Below are positions 46,512-56,098 of a stretch of DNA of 64,000 nucleotides, piece after piece. The stretch is from positions 32,001 to 96,000 of the IMG/VR virus record IMGVR_UViG_3300013121_000019. One strand, written 5' to 3'. The number at the start of each line of letters is the position of its first letter. Within the stretch, counting starts at the first letter, position 1. Made by a program: the position numbers and the translations under genes. The notes beneath the pieces are model-generated. The model searched no databases and was not told the DNA's origin. It saw nothing but the letters and a program-made list of their open reading frames with translations. Source of the DNA: a virus (lineage: Duplodnaviria; Caudoviricetes).

Positions 46512-46925
46512 TCACACCCTCTTCTTCGGAACCGTGAAGTCCCACTTGTCACCGTTGGGAGCGCGCACCACCATGATGCCGTTCTCCTCGCCGTCGTCGA
46601 CGATCGCGAAGTCGTACTTCAGAAGCGCGATCCGCACGATTGCGCCAACATCGTGCGGTGTGCTCATGACCTTGTCGATCGTGGCGTTGACGGCACGAAC
46701 CTGCTGGGTGTACCAGAGCATGCACAGACCGTGCGCTTTCTCGAAGTCCGGCCACTCCACTCCAGAGGCGAACGACTTGACGTCTTCGGACGCCGCGTGC
46801 TGAAGAAGCGACAGCGCGTTGACGAGGTTGGCCATGATGTCGTCGCGTTCCGCGTACTCGTCGGATGCCGCACTCAGTAGCGCCACGATCTTGGGAATGA
46901 GAGTTCCTCGGTCATCTTCGCTCAT
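46512..46925 (-). CDS. hypothetical protein
   Basis: AGGAG RBS, ATG 46925. Confidence 0.55.
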   Translation of the reverse strand: MSEDDRGTLIPKIVALLSAASDEYAERDDIMANLVNALSLLQHAASEDVKSFASGVEWPDFEKAHGLCMLWYTQQVRAVNATIDKVMSTPHDVGAIVRIALLKYDFAIVDDGEENGIMVVRAPNGDKWDFTVPKKRV

Positions 46926-47328
46926 CGATGTACTCCTGCGCCAGTTTGAGAATCTCTTTGATGTCGTGCTCGTAGACCGATCCAGTTGGTGCGTGGGGCT
47001 TCCACGAAACAACCTCGCGATACCGGCCTGGTCGCTGCTCGAGGATCTGGACTGGATCGAATCCGAACTGCTCGCCCGTAACATCGAGCACCCAACCATC
47101 GAGCTCAACCCAGCAGTGCCAGTCGCGGCTATCTAGCATGCCGGCCAGCAACTCTGACTTGTGCCCATGCCGCTCCAGCAAGGTGTGCAGCGCCTCGGAT
47201 GCGACCCCACAGGCTCCGCAAAGGTTGGGCTGCACGTAGGGAAAGAACAGGTTCTGATCATTGAGCGCCCGCACCGAACGGTACAGGCACTCAACGATCA
47301 GACGCACATCCTCAGGTAGAGGGCTCAC
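46912..47328 (-). CDS. transglutaminase-like (Cys-His-Asp) protein
   Basis: GACGVASEAL...HCWVELDGWVLDVT gives the C, H, D triad pattern. Confidence 0.6.
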   Translation of the reverse strand: MSPLPEDVRLIVECLYRSVRALNDQNLFFPYVQPNLCGACGVASEALHTLLERHGHKSELLAGMLDSRDWHCWVELDGWVLDVTGEQFGFDPVQILEQRPGRYREVVSWKPHAPTGSVYEHDIKEILKLAQEYIDERR

Positions 47329-48025
47329 CCTGGATGACCTCGACTTCAGCCTCGCAGGTGATGGTCGACGTGCCGGTACGATCGAACAGCACAGTCGGCA
47401 AGTCGCGCGGATCGACGTGTATGATGGTCCCCGTGTCGCCGGACTTGGCGTGGATGTAGCGCTTGTCCGGAAACACGGCAGCCTCGTCGGGCCTGTAGTC
47501 GAACCCGCCCTCGGTGATGGTGCACTTTGCGCGCACACGGGCACCGACCACCAGACCCGCTGCCAGCAGCGACTCGCTGACGTGGGGGTACCGCTTGACC
47601 ATCTCCTTGTAGCAGGGCGAGCCCGCCGCACGCAGCGCACGAAGCATCGTCTTGAGGTCCGACAGGATGACGGCCTCGATGTCCTCGCCGGTGGCGATCA
47701 TCCCGTCGTAGGCCAGAGCCCAACATCCGTCGGACCCACCGCCGTAGAACACCAGGTAGCTGCCGGGCTCCACCGACTCGGCGATCGCGGACATAACGTT
47801 GTCGATGTCGGCGGAGTAGTTGCTGGCACTGAGGCTGATGTCGATGACGTTGCCGTTTTTGTCCACCGTGCACTCGAGTCCGAAGTTCGACAGCGCCTGA
47901 CCGAACTCGTCATCCTCGTGTACGAAGCTGCTGATCTCGGCGATCGCCTTGACGGCCTTCGGAATGTTCTCCTTCTTGAGTAGGAACATTCCGTGATTGG
48001 TGTTGTAGGTCCAGTCGCTCATCAC
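47312..48025 (-). CDS. hypothetical protein
   Basis: 237 aa, AAGGAG RBS. Confidence 0.6.
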   Translation of the reverse strand: MMSDWTYNTNHGMFLLKKENIPKAVKAIAEISSFVHEDDEFGQALSNFGLECTVDKNGNVIDISLSASNYSADIDNVMSAIAESVEPGSYLVFYGGGSDGCWALAYDGMIATGEDIEAVILSDLKTMLRALRAAGSPCYKEMVKRYPHVSESLLAAGLVVGARVRAKCTITEGGFDYRPDEAAVFPDKRYIHAKSGDTGTIIHVDPRDLPTVLFDRTGTSTITCEAEVEVIQGEPST

Positions 48026-48801
48026 TACTCCTTATCGAGGCCCGCCATGTAGTCGAACCATCGGTTGTACAGCTTCTGTAGCTGCTTGCTAGCCCGGGCG
48101 ATGGGATCCTTGAGTGCCTCCTCATCGGCAGCTGACTGAAACTCGATGGTGAACCCGGATGCGTCCATCCACAGGGTCAGCACGCGCTGATCGAGCGTCA
48201 TCAGCTGCTGGTACGTCGTTTGAAAGCAGTCCTGGCTGTACGCGCCATGATTACACACATGAAGGTCCAGGAATTTGTCCTTCTGAATAAGCTTGACGTA
48301 CAGCTCACTGAAAAGACAATCGAACACTTCGCTGAATACGTCGCGCACGAACCCGTTGAGATCCACGACGTACCAACGCCAGTACGGGCTACCGAGCCAA
48401 TCCGGTAGCTTGACGATCGTCAGACCGGCATCGGCTACCTCTTTGAGCACCGACTCGTTGTCGATCTCGCGCTCGGTGCGGGAGTCGTCAACCATCTCGA
48501 CGTCACAGGCGCACCCATCATCATACAGCAGATGGATCTGCTGGAATGCGGCCACATCGCGAACTACGTCATCGCATGTATCGCCATGTACGGCGAAGAC
48601 CTCCCAGTCACGAATGAACTTGCCGTCGGCGAGAGCAGACGGAAGAGCCTCGGGATTGACCCGCGCCTTGGGCCTGCGGATCTCGAACGGTGGCAACTGT
48701 TCACGTAGACGCGCAGAGAGAGGTGTGTGGCCGACTTCGTCTACGGTCAGTGCATGCAGCAAGATGCCGATTTCGTCTGCACCCAGGTCAACCAGCATCA
48801 T
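48025..48801 (-). CDS. hypothetical protein
   Basis: 258 aa. Confidence 0.6.
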   Translation of the reverse strand: MMLVDLGADEIGILLHALTVDEVGHTPLSARLREQLPPFEIRRPKARVNPEALPSALADGKFIRDWEVFAVHGDTCDDVVRDVAAFQQIHLLYDDGCACDVEMVDDSRTEREIDNESVLKEVADAGLTIVKLPDWLGSPYWRWYVVDLNGFVRDVFSEVFDCLFSELYVKLIQKDKFLDLHVCNHGAYSQDCFQTTYQQLMTLDQRVLTLWMDASGFTIEFQSAADEEALKDPIARASKQLQKLYNRWFDYMAGLDKE

Positions 48802-49426
48802 TCCCCTCTTCCGCGGGCTGGCGCTCGAGCCAGTCTTCGCAGATGCGGGCCAGCAGGTAGCCGGTGGTCTTGGGGTCGTCGCTGCGCCGACCGGCCAGCC
48901 GGTCGATGGCTGACTTGATCACGAGGTAGTCGGACTTGGTGCAGCGGGAAGAGAAGCTGCGGTAGCCCTCATGCGGAAGACCATGCACAGCGCGGTCGAC
49001 CGCATCGGTCAGGTCGCAGCACGACAGCGTACGGCCACGATTCAACCATGCCGTGACGGTGCGCTGATTGGAGCCGGGCCCGAGAACACGGATCAGCTGG
49101 ATCATCTTGGTGATCGGTAGCAGCTGATCCATAGTCCACATGCCGTTCAGTTGAACCCCGAACAGGCGGTAGACCTTGATGTAGCTGCGTGACGTCGTGA
49201 TGTGCAGCCCGAGCTCGTGCTCCGCCCACTGGGCCGCGCTGGTGTAGCCCCAGGACTCGACCACCAAGGTATCGACGTCTTCGCCGTCGACCTGCAGGAC
49301 GACGAAGTCCGTATCGGCGTGGTACAGGCAGCGCGCCAGCTCGAACTGATGGGCAGCGGTCTTACGGGACAACGACACGGCTTCAGCGCGGAGCTTCGCG
49401 GATGCAGCGGTAGTGATGGTGGGCAT
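48788..49426 (-). CDS. hypothetical protein
   Basis: GGAGG RBS; downstream of the promoter motif at 49485-49493. Confidence 0.65.
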   Translation of the reverse strand: MPTITTAASAKLRAEAVSLSRKTAAHQFELARCLYHADTDFVVLQVDGEDVDTLVVESWGYTSAAQWAEHELGLHITTSRSYIKVYRLFGVQLNGMWTMDQLLPITKMIQLIRVLGPGSNQRTVTAWLNRGRTLSCCDLTDAVDRAVHGLPHEGYRSFSSRCTKSDYLVIKSAIDRLAGRRSDDPKTTGYLLARICEDWLERQPAEEGNDAG

Positions 49427-49484
49427 TGTGCCTCCAAAGATGTGGATGTCGGCAGGACGCAGAAGAGGCGTCCCTTACGCTGTT

Positions 49485-49493
49485 GTTATGCCG
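49485..49493 (-). promoter_or_regulatory. putative phage promoter CGGCATAAC
   Basis: Recurring motif in a divergent intergenic region. Confidence 0.55.
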
Positions 49494-49524
49494 CGTTTTT
49501 GCTACCATCTGCGCAGGAGGATTC

Positions 49525-49806
49525 ATGAACAAGTTGGTACTGCTGCTAGCTCTCACGACGTGCGGACCGACACCGCCGCCGAATGTGCCGCCGGATCCCG
49601 CAGACCCTGCTGCACGCCAGGCCAACTGCGCGGCCGCGCAGAAACGGCTCAACGAGCTTGGGTGCCGTGAGCGGGCAACACCCGCTGGCAAGCCCTACGA
49701 GCGCTTCTGCATCGAGCAGATCAACAAGGGCAACACGATGAACGCTGCCTGCGTGGCAACGATCAAAGACTGCGACGAGATCAACACCTGTACGGGGTCG
49801 CGATGA
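49525..49806 (+). CDS. putative Cys-rich lipoprotein
   Basis: AGGAGG RBS; MNKLVLLLALTTC signal peptide with lipobox-like Cys. Confidence 0.7.
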   Translation: MNKLVLLLALTTCGPTPPPNVPPDPADPAARQANCAAAQKRLNELGCRERATPAGKPYERFCIEQINKGNTMNAACVATIKDCDEINTCTGSR

Positions 49807-50612
49807 TGCACGAAGTCAATATGGGGTACAGGCTCGATGGACTTCTGGTATCCCCGGAGCATCCGTCGGACACCACCTTCCAGAAGTACGCAGCCGCGTT
49901 CAGCGTCGTGTCGGCGTACGAGCCTGGCATGACGAACGAGGTGCGGCTGCTGGAGTACACCCCGATCTCCGTCCAGGGCAACCTACCGTTCTGTGTAGCC
50001 AACGCTGGCTGCGACGCGATCGAGACGGTGCTGGGCCACAACGACTACCAGGTCGTGCAGCTAAGCCGGAACTTCAGCCACTACAACGCGCGCCTCGAAG
50101 ACGGCACTGCTGACCAACTTGTCGGTACCTACATTCGAAGCTTCTTCAAGGGCGTGGAGAAGTTCGGCGTGTGCCCGGAAGACACGTGGCCCTACGAGGA
50201 ACGCACAGCTCTACTGCACCCGTCGGTGGAGGCGTACCAGCAGGCGGACTGCAACCTCGACGTCAGGGCATACCGGATCGAGGACGGCATCAGCAGCGAC
50301 AGCATCGAGCACAAGACGCTGGTGGCACTTCACTCAGGTCTACCGATGATCATCGGGATCGACGTCGGACAGGCGTTCCTCGAGTACGGATCGAGTCAAG
50401 AGTTCACGTTCGATCCGCCGGAGGTCTCGAGAGGGCGACATGCGGTGGTGGTGACCGGCTACGACCCGAAGCGACAGCGAGCCCTCTTGCGCAACTCCTG
50501 GGGCCGTCTATGGGGGTTCGGAGGCTACTGCTGGATCTCCTTGGCGTACCTGACGGCGGCGAAGGATCGATGGGTCGTCACTTCTTCTGGACGGGTGGTC
50601 GGCCGTGAGTGA
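49803..50612 (+). CDS. papain-like (C1) cysteine peptidase
   Basis: QGNLPFCVANA (Q, C), HAVVVTGYD (H), RNSWG..WG..GY (N). Confidence 0.9.
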   Translation: MMHEVNMGYRLDGLLVSPEHPSDTTFQKYAAAFSVVSAYEPGMTNEVRLLEYTPISVQGNLPFCVANAGCDAIETVLGHNDYQVVQLSRNFSHYNARLEDGTADQLVGTYIRSFFKGVEKFGVCPEDTWPYEERTALLHPSVEAYQQADCNLDVRAYRIEDGISSDSIEHKTLVALHSGLPMIIGIDVGQAFLEYGSSQEFTFDPPEVSRGRHAVVVTGYDPKRQRALLRNSWGRLWGFGGYCWISLAYLTAAKDRWVVTSSGRVVGRE

Positions 50613-51213
50613 CCGCGACATCGACATGCTGCTGGAGATCGCGCACCAGCAGGTGGGTCATTCCGCGGACCCGGCGGACCCGTCCTCGAGGGACCACTTC
50701 CTCAACCTGATCGGGTACGGAGAGCCGAAGTACAAGCAGGACGCCATGGCGAGCTCCATGTCGACCTGTGGTCTTGTGGCTGCCGGCATCCTGTGGATGT
50801 GGGGCATCCGAAGTCGCAGGATCTCACCCCCGTACCGGTCGACCACGGCGATCAGCCGGATGTACGCCCTGGGCGCCGACAGCAACGCTCTTCGATGGCC
50901 GAAGGTTCTGAACGGGGAGATCGTCGAGTGGCCCGAGGGCGGAGACATCCTGCTGATCGGGGACAACGGTCTCGGGGGCAGTGAGCACATGTACATGTCG
51001 ATGGAGGTGAAGCCAGAACAGGGCGAGATCATCTCTGTCGACGGTGGGCAGAAGAACGTACGGGGTCACCAGGCGGTCCACCGACGGCATCGTCGGTGGA
51101 GCGTCCGGGATGGCCGGGTGATCGACCAGGTGTTCCGTAACGACACCACCGGAAGCACCACCCTTGGTTCGCCACGCGTCGTGCAGTGGTGGATCAAACC
51201 CCTTCTTCTGTAG
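50605..51213 (+). CDS. CHAP/NlpC-P60-like amidase or peptidase
   Basis: STCGLVA...GDILLIG...EHMY...SVDGGQ has Cys/His spacing like CHAP. Confidence 0.5.
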   Translation: MSDRDIDMLLEIAHQQVGHSADPADPSSRDHFLNLIGYGEPKYKQDAMASSMSTCGLVAAGILWMWGIRSRRISPPYRSTTAISRMYALGADSNALRWPKVLNGEIVEWPEGGDILLIGDNGLGGSEHMYMSMEVKPEQGEIISVDGGQKNVRGHQAVHRRHRRWSVRDGRVIDQVFRNDTTGSTTLGSPRVVQWWIKPLLL

Positions 51214-51252
51214 GGATTGGTGTTGGTTTTGTAGTTTCAGAGAAGTTCATAC

Positions 51253-51336
51253 GTAGTCGTCGAGGAGGTAGAGAAAAAAAGTATGAGAGAGCGAGAGAGC
51301 CTGCCGTAGTTTTTTCCGACCCTCCTCGACGACTAC
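51253..51336. repeat. perfect 16-bp inverted repeat in an AT-rich intergenic region
   Basis: GTAGTCGTCGAGGAGG (51253-51268) / CCTCCTCGACGACTAC (51321-51336). Confidence 0.8.
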
Positions 51337-51342
51337 AAACCC

Positions 51343-52009
51343 ATGCTGATCGATCTACGACTCGACCCCGATCTACGCGATGAGATCAAGCGAATCCGAT
51401 ATGCGGTACGCCGATCTTGTCGAATGAGACAGCTACCCCCTCCGTCGACATCGACCATCGTCAAGGCGATCATCAAGTCCTACCTTCGCTCGATCGGAGA
51501 CCTCCACAGTGCACCGAAGAACCCCAGACCCGTCCGACACGACCGTTGGGTCCGTGCTGTCGTCGCTCTTTCAGGAGTGGCAGGAGGCAAAGAGTACCTC
51601 CAGCAGCTTGGGCTCGGTGACCTTCCCGAGCTTCATCGAGTTGCTGAATACCGAGAGCATCACGCCGAGCGAGACCAGGTCAGGCAACTTCGCCGAGCTC
51701 TTGGGCGAGGATCCTGCTGTCCTGTGGATGGACTTCTCCGAACATCCGGAATGCTACGACCAGGTCGCCGAGGCGCTGTTGCGAAGGCTCATGGAAGGAG
51801 CAACGTCCGTTGCACAGCTGACCGAGGAGGAACGCCGTGTACTCGACCGTGCCACGATCGAGCTGGCGATCCGTCGCAACAACCCACCGCCGACCCCTAG
51901 GGTGGTGCGACGACCGGTCCCTATGGGAACTGCCCCCAAGGTGTCGTCGGTACCGAAACCGACAAGACCGCCGGCTTCCGTGCCGGCTGATCGTTGGTGG
52001 GAGCAGTAG
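51343..52009 (+). CDS. probable single gene split by a frameshift near 51520 (RHH-like N-terminus)
   Basis: Protein-like sequence moves from the 51343 frame to the 51509 frame. Confidence 0.45.
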
Positions 52010-52011
52010 GC

Positions 52012-52878
52012 TCAGCATTCAGGCAGCGGTCTCGGCACCCCGCGCTTTCGCATGTACTCACTGCATGCGCCGCATTGGCCTCTCCTCAGGACCTTGCGGG
52101 GTCTTCCACAGTGTGCGCAAGGAATTGGCGGCTTAGGTGCCCATCCAGCAGCCTTGCGCGCCTCCCATCTGACTGACGCAGCTTTGGCTTGCTTGGATTT
52201 TGTCGCCGCGGTGCGCGTGTACGACTGTTGACCTCTTTTGGCGGCAGATATCTTAGCACGCACCTCTGGGCCGAATATTCGGCCTTTGTTCACACTTGGC
52301 CGCCCCTTTCGGCTCTTGCTCATCGCTGCTCGGTGTGCTGCGGATTTGGCTTTGCCGGTCAGTGCTTTCGATATCTTGGCCTTTGTCTCAGCTGTTGCTT
52401 TACGACCAGTGTTTGCGACAGAGATTTTTTGTGAGGTCTCTTTGCTGATACGCCGACCAAGCGCCGCGGCAGACTGCCTAGTCTTTGTCTCTTCGGAGTG
52501 TCTGAACCCCTTCTTGCCGGGTCGTCCCTTACGCGCAACTGACACACGTTTTCGTTGATCAGCTGTCCAACGAAAACCTGCGTTACTAGCCGATACAACT
52601 CTGAGGTTGTAAACACCCTCGTTAGCACGCGCAGCTACGACATACCCATTTTCACACTCAGCGAGCTCCTGGTTGCTTGCCTCCAAAGAGGCCAGAACCT
52701 CAAACACAAAGAAGTCAGACCCGTACTTGTCCCATGCGCGTTGTAGATGGCTGTTGTCGTGGTTGCCCGCACGTAAGTGCCGCCAGTGCGTCTTGCGCCG
52801 CGCGTCGACGTTTCGCGTGCTTCCGATGTACACGCGACCAGATTCAACGTTCCTTATCCTGTAGACGTGACCGAGCAT
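52012..52878 (-). CDS. GIY-YIG homing endonuclease with NUMOD3 repeats
   Basis: HVYRIRN..SGRVYIGST...H...LQRAWDKYG..F.FEVL...E...YN; HSEETK, ETKAKISKAL.G repeats. Confidence 0.9.
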   Translation of the reverse strand: MLGHVYRIRNVESGRVYIGSTRNVDARRKTHWRHLRAGNHDNSHLQRAWDKYGSDFFVFEVLASLEASNQELAECENGYVVAARANEGVYNLRVVSASNAGFRWTADQRKRVSVARKGRPGKKGFRHSEETKTRQSAAALGRRISKETSQKISVANTGRKATAETKAKISKALTGKAKSAAHRAAMSKSRKGRPSVNKGRIFGPEVRAKISAAKRGQQSYTRTAATKSKQAKAASVRWEARKAAGWAPKPPIPCAHCGRPRKVLRRGQCGACSEYMRKRGVPRPLPEC

Positions 52879-53398
52879 GCTTTCGCCTTCGAGCCTCCGC
52901 GCTCGTTTTAGCGCGATGGCATGGAAGGCACAGCGTTTGAAAGTTCGAAAGCGGCGCTAGCCCGCCGCCCTCGCAGACCGGCTGGATGTGGTCGGCCTCC
53001 CAGAGCGAGAGCCTGGCCATGTCGCTCTGTCGGAACCCGTGGTCCTCGAGGAGCTCCAATCGTGCCTGAAGGTCACCACCGCGGAGCCGACTGGCGACCT
53101 TCTGGAGCTCCAGGCAGTCGAGCCCGCAGAGCCGGCAGACCCCTTGGTCACGGACCCGTACGTGGCGCCTGGCGTACTCCGGTCGGGACCGCAAGAGGAA
53201 CTCGTGGACGCAGCCGGTCCCGGGCACCACGATGGCCCCCCGGCGGAACACGGCCGCCTTGCCCGAGCAGAACGTCTGGCGGCCCCTGGGGACCTCCTTG
53301 GAGCACCAACGGCAGAGGCGGCGCCCATTGGCCCCACGGTCGACCTTCTGTGGTCCCTGGGCCCGCGCCGCCTCGCCGATGGTCCTGAACCGGCTCAC
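52844..53398 (-). CDS. HNH endonuclease
   Basis: RDQGVCRLCG...WEADHIQPVCEGGG...SNFQTLCLPCHRAKT. Confidence 0.9.
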   Translation of the reverse strand: MSRFRTIGEAARAQGPQKVDRGANGRRLCRWCSKEVPRGRQTFCSGKAAVFRRGAIVVPGTGCVHEFLLRSRPEYARRHVRVRDQGVCRLCGLDCLELQKVASRLRGGDLQARLELLEDHGFRQSDMARLSLWEADHIQPVCEGGGLAPLSNFQTLCLPCHRAKTSAEARRRKHARSRLQDKER

Positions 53399-53412
53399 CC
53401 GGTTGTTCTACC

Positions 53413-55014
53413 TCAGTAGGGAACGGCCGCCATCCCGGAACCGTAGAACGCCGGCCCACCGTGGCCGCCACCGAAGCCGGCCGCGGCGCCGCCGATGATC
53501 CGGCCGGTCATCTCCATGCCCTTGCCGGTCACGTAGCCTCCGGCCAGCAGAACGAGCAGTGCGGCGGCAGCGCCCGGCGACAGCCCCAAGGTATCCTGCA
53601 GAAGACTCGTCTTCTGTTCCGGAGTCTTGGTCTGGTCATTGGCGATGTTCTTCACAGCCTCCTGATGCTGTGCAGGGATGTTCTTCAGGGCCTGTGCCTG
53701 CCCCATCGCCTTTGCGTTGGCCTGTTGCTCCGCGCTGGCCACCGGGATGTTCCCGAGAGCTGCAGCTTGCTGAACAGCCGGATTCAGCTGACCGGCCGAC
53801 GGTTGTGCTGTCGAAGCCGGGGCCAGGACGCCGGACGGCGGACCACTGACTGTCGTGGCAGGACCGGACGAAGGCGGCGCCCCGACCTGGCCCACAGGAC
53901 CAGCAGCGCCGGCCGCCGGCGTCACCTGACCCGGCTTGCTGGCCGGTGCCGCTTGACCGACACGCCCGGTTTGATTCTGCTGCGGTTGACCAGGAACGTA
54001 CGGCTTGTTCCCAGGATCTAGAGGACCGGCTGCCATCGGCTTGGGTTGCGCACCGCCCATGAAGCGCTGAACAGTGGCGTCATCCACTGGGCGAACTTGA
54101 CCGACAGGCACAGCAGTGGGAGCCAGCTGGCCAGGGTCGTTGATCGTCGGTGCTACCGGCTTCGGCGACTGAGCAGGGTACTCATCGCGTGCCGGAGCGA
54201 GATGGCCTGCCGCAGGGCGAAGGTCTGGCTGTTGGCCCATGATGGGCGCGCGCTGCAGTGCAGGATCGCCGACAGTCGACGGAACCGCGGACGTCGGAGC
54301 ACGGCTCACCGGATCCCTGACCGACCTGGGATCCCACGACGGAGCCGGAGCACCATACGAGCTGGCCGGTGCAGGGCTTCGACTCGAGGCTGCTGTGGAA
54401 GGCGCACTAGCCGGCGCATTCACCACTTTGCCGATAACGCTGGCCTCACCGGACATCGGCGGCTTCGAGGAGTTGGCGCGCTGTACCTCGCCCAACGAGA
54501 TGTACTTCTCGACATCGATGCCGTTGTTGCGCGCATGCTGAAACGCACGGGCACGGTCACGTGCCGCCGGCATCGCCATCGAGTCGGGGTTCATGTACGG
54601 GCTCTGCCGTGCCAGCGTCGGGGCCCCGGAACCAGAGCTCGGCTCGCGCACCGAGACCGACGGCGCCGCACGCTGAACCGCGCCAGGAGATGCCGGGGAC
54701 TGAATGGTCTTCGGGCCCGCTACCGACCCAGCTGGCTTCGACGGAATCAGCTCGCTCGAGTTGACCGGCGCGTAGGAGTCGGGGCGCGCCGTTGCGTGTG
54801 CGTCCGACGCGACCGTCAGTCCACCGCGGTTGGTCACAGGACGAACCGATGCCGAGACCGGACCAGAACCAGGCTGCACACCGCGGAAGGTGTTGATCGC
54901 CAGAGGCTGGGCAGCGCTGACCATCGTGGTGGCCCTGGCGATCTTCATCAGGGCACCGCGCATCATCTCGCGCTCGTTACCGTACTCGGTCATCAACTGC
55001 TGGCTGGTCTGCAT
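53413..55014 (-). CDS. Pro/Ala-rich low-complexity protein with C-terminal hydrophobic/Gly-rich segment
   Basis: 533 aa; ends GAAAALLVLLAGG...IIGGAAAGFGGG. Confidence 0.7.
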   Translation of the reverse strand: MQTSQQLMTEYGNEREMMRGALMKIARATTMVSAAQPLAINTFRGVQPGSGPVSASVRPVTNRGGLTVASDAHATARPDSYAPVNSSELIPSKPAGSVAGPKTIQSPASPGAVQRAAPSVSVREPSSGSGAPTLARQSPYMNPDSMAMPAARDRARAFQHARNNGIDVEKYISLGEVQRANSSKPPMSGEASVIGKVVNAPASAPSTAASSRSPAPASSYGAPAPSWDPRSVRDPVSRAPTSAVPSTVGDPALQRAPIMGQQPDLRPAAGHLAPARDEYPAQSPKPVAPTINDPGQLAPTAVPVGQVRPVDDATVQRFMGGAQPKPMAAGPLDPGNKPYVPGQPQQNQTGRVGQAAPASKPGQVTPAAGAAGPVGQVGAPPSSGPATTVSGPPSGVLAPASTAQPSAGQLNPAVQQAAALGNIPVASAEQQANAKAMGQAQALKNIPAQHQEAVKNIANDQTKTPEQKTSLLQDTLGLSPGAAAALLVLLAGGYVTGKGMEMTGRIIGGAAAGFGGGHGGPAFYGSGMAAVPY

Positions 55015-55050
55015 TTCGACATCCTACCGATCTGTCGGTTCCGGGGGAAG

Positions 55051-55593
55051 CTAGGGGGTCTTGATGATCGGCTTCTTGGCCTTCAGCTTCGTGGGGCAGT
55101 TGTCCTGGGTGCACCCCTCCACTTCGCCGACGAACTTGTCCAAGGTGGTTTCGATGTTCTCCACCTTGGTCTTCGTGACCGTGAGGCTCTTGTCGATGCT
55201 CGAGTGAGAGTCGTGGACGGCCCCGATGATGCGGGCCGCGATCGCATCGGTGGACCGGCGAAGCTCCAACAGCACCTCGCCATGCCGCTGCGAGTTGTCC
55301 GTCTTGAGCTCCCCATGGCGGGTTGCTGCCGCGACCTCGTTGGCACTCAACGTGTCGTTCAACTTGCCGAGTACCTCGGCCAGCTTGTCGTTGGATGTCG
55401 ACATGGCGTTGGCCAGCTTGTCGTTGGACAGCGCCCAACGGCTGATCGCCTTCCATGCAAGGACTGCCGCAGCGACCAGTGTCAAGCATACGACGACGGA
55501 TAGTAGTCCGAGCGCGCCTTTGGTTTCGATCAACGAGATCGACTTGTCGATCGTAGCGTCCGCGTCAGGACCAATGAGTGCCAGCAGTGTCAT
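55051..55593 (-). CDS. membrane protein with coiled coil (holin-like candidate)
   Basis: GALGLLSVVVCLTLVAAAVLAW TM segment then heptads. Confidence 0.6.
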   Translation of the reverse strand: MTLLALIGPDADATIDKSISLIETKGALGLLSVVVCLTLVAAAVLAWKAISRWALSNDKLANAMSTSNDKLAEVLGKLNDTLSANEVAAATRHGELKTDNSQRHGEVLLELRRSTDAIAARIIGAVHDSHSSIDKSLTVTKTKVENIETTLDKFVGEVEGCTQDNCPTKLKAKKPIIKTP

Positions 55594-56096
55594 GTTCGCT
55601 CCGCATAGTCAGCCGTGAGAGGTTGTCCAAGCGTCGGTGCGGCTACCCCGACGAGAGTGACGGTGTCGTAGCCCTGATCGGCGATCGACTCAGACAGCAG
55701 ATACTGCGAAGCACTGTCGAGACGGATGCCGTTCAGGTAGATGGCGATCGTTACGCCACCCTCGTTGATGAACTTCTGCGGCGTCGTGAACGTCATGTTG
55801 ACGCCGTTCTTGGTACCAAGCAGCGCTACACCGATGCGCTGCTTGGAGGCCCCTGTCGCGTCTAGGTACTGCTTGAGGTTCAGGTAGATCTCGCTGCCTA
55901 CCGCGATGGCGATCGTCTTGGCGATCGTCTCATCGATCTCCGGCTTCTTCGAGGTGCCGCCGATCAGCACCTGACCGTCCGACTCCTTGATGGTCTCGAC
56001 CATCAGGACCGATGGGGCGTTGTCGTCGAAAGCCTTCCGCAGTCCTTGCAGAAGGCTCTCTTGGATTGCTGATTCGGACAGTGCAGGTGTAGTCAT
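55590..56096 (-). CDS. putative virion structural protein
   Basis: C-terminal GTKNGVN.TFT...IYLNG.RL...Y...TVT....AP..G..L.ADY beta-domain typical of phage tail proteins. Confidence 0.55.
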   Translation of the reverse strand: MTTPALSESAIQESLLQGLRKAFDDNAPSVLMVETIKESDGQVLIGGTSKKPEIDETIAKTIAIAVGSEIYLNLKQYLDATGASKQRIGVALLGTKNGVNMTFTTPQKFINEGGVTIAIYLNGIRLDSASQYLLSESIADQGYDTVTLVGVAAPTLGQPLTADYAERT

Positions 56097-56098
56097 CT

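Noticed and set aside
52012-52878. Group I intron around the GIY-YIG gene
   Set aside because: No interrupted host gene and no room for intron core elements; the ORF abuts its neighbours directly.
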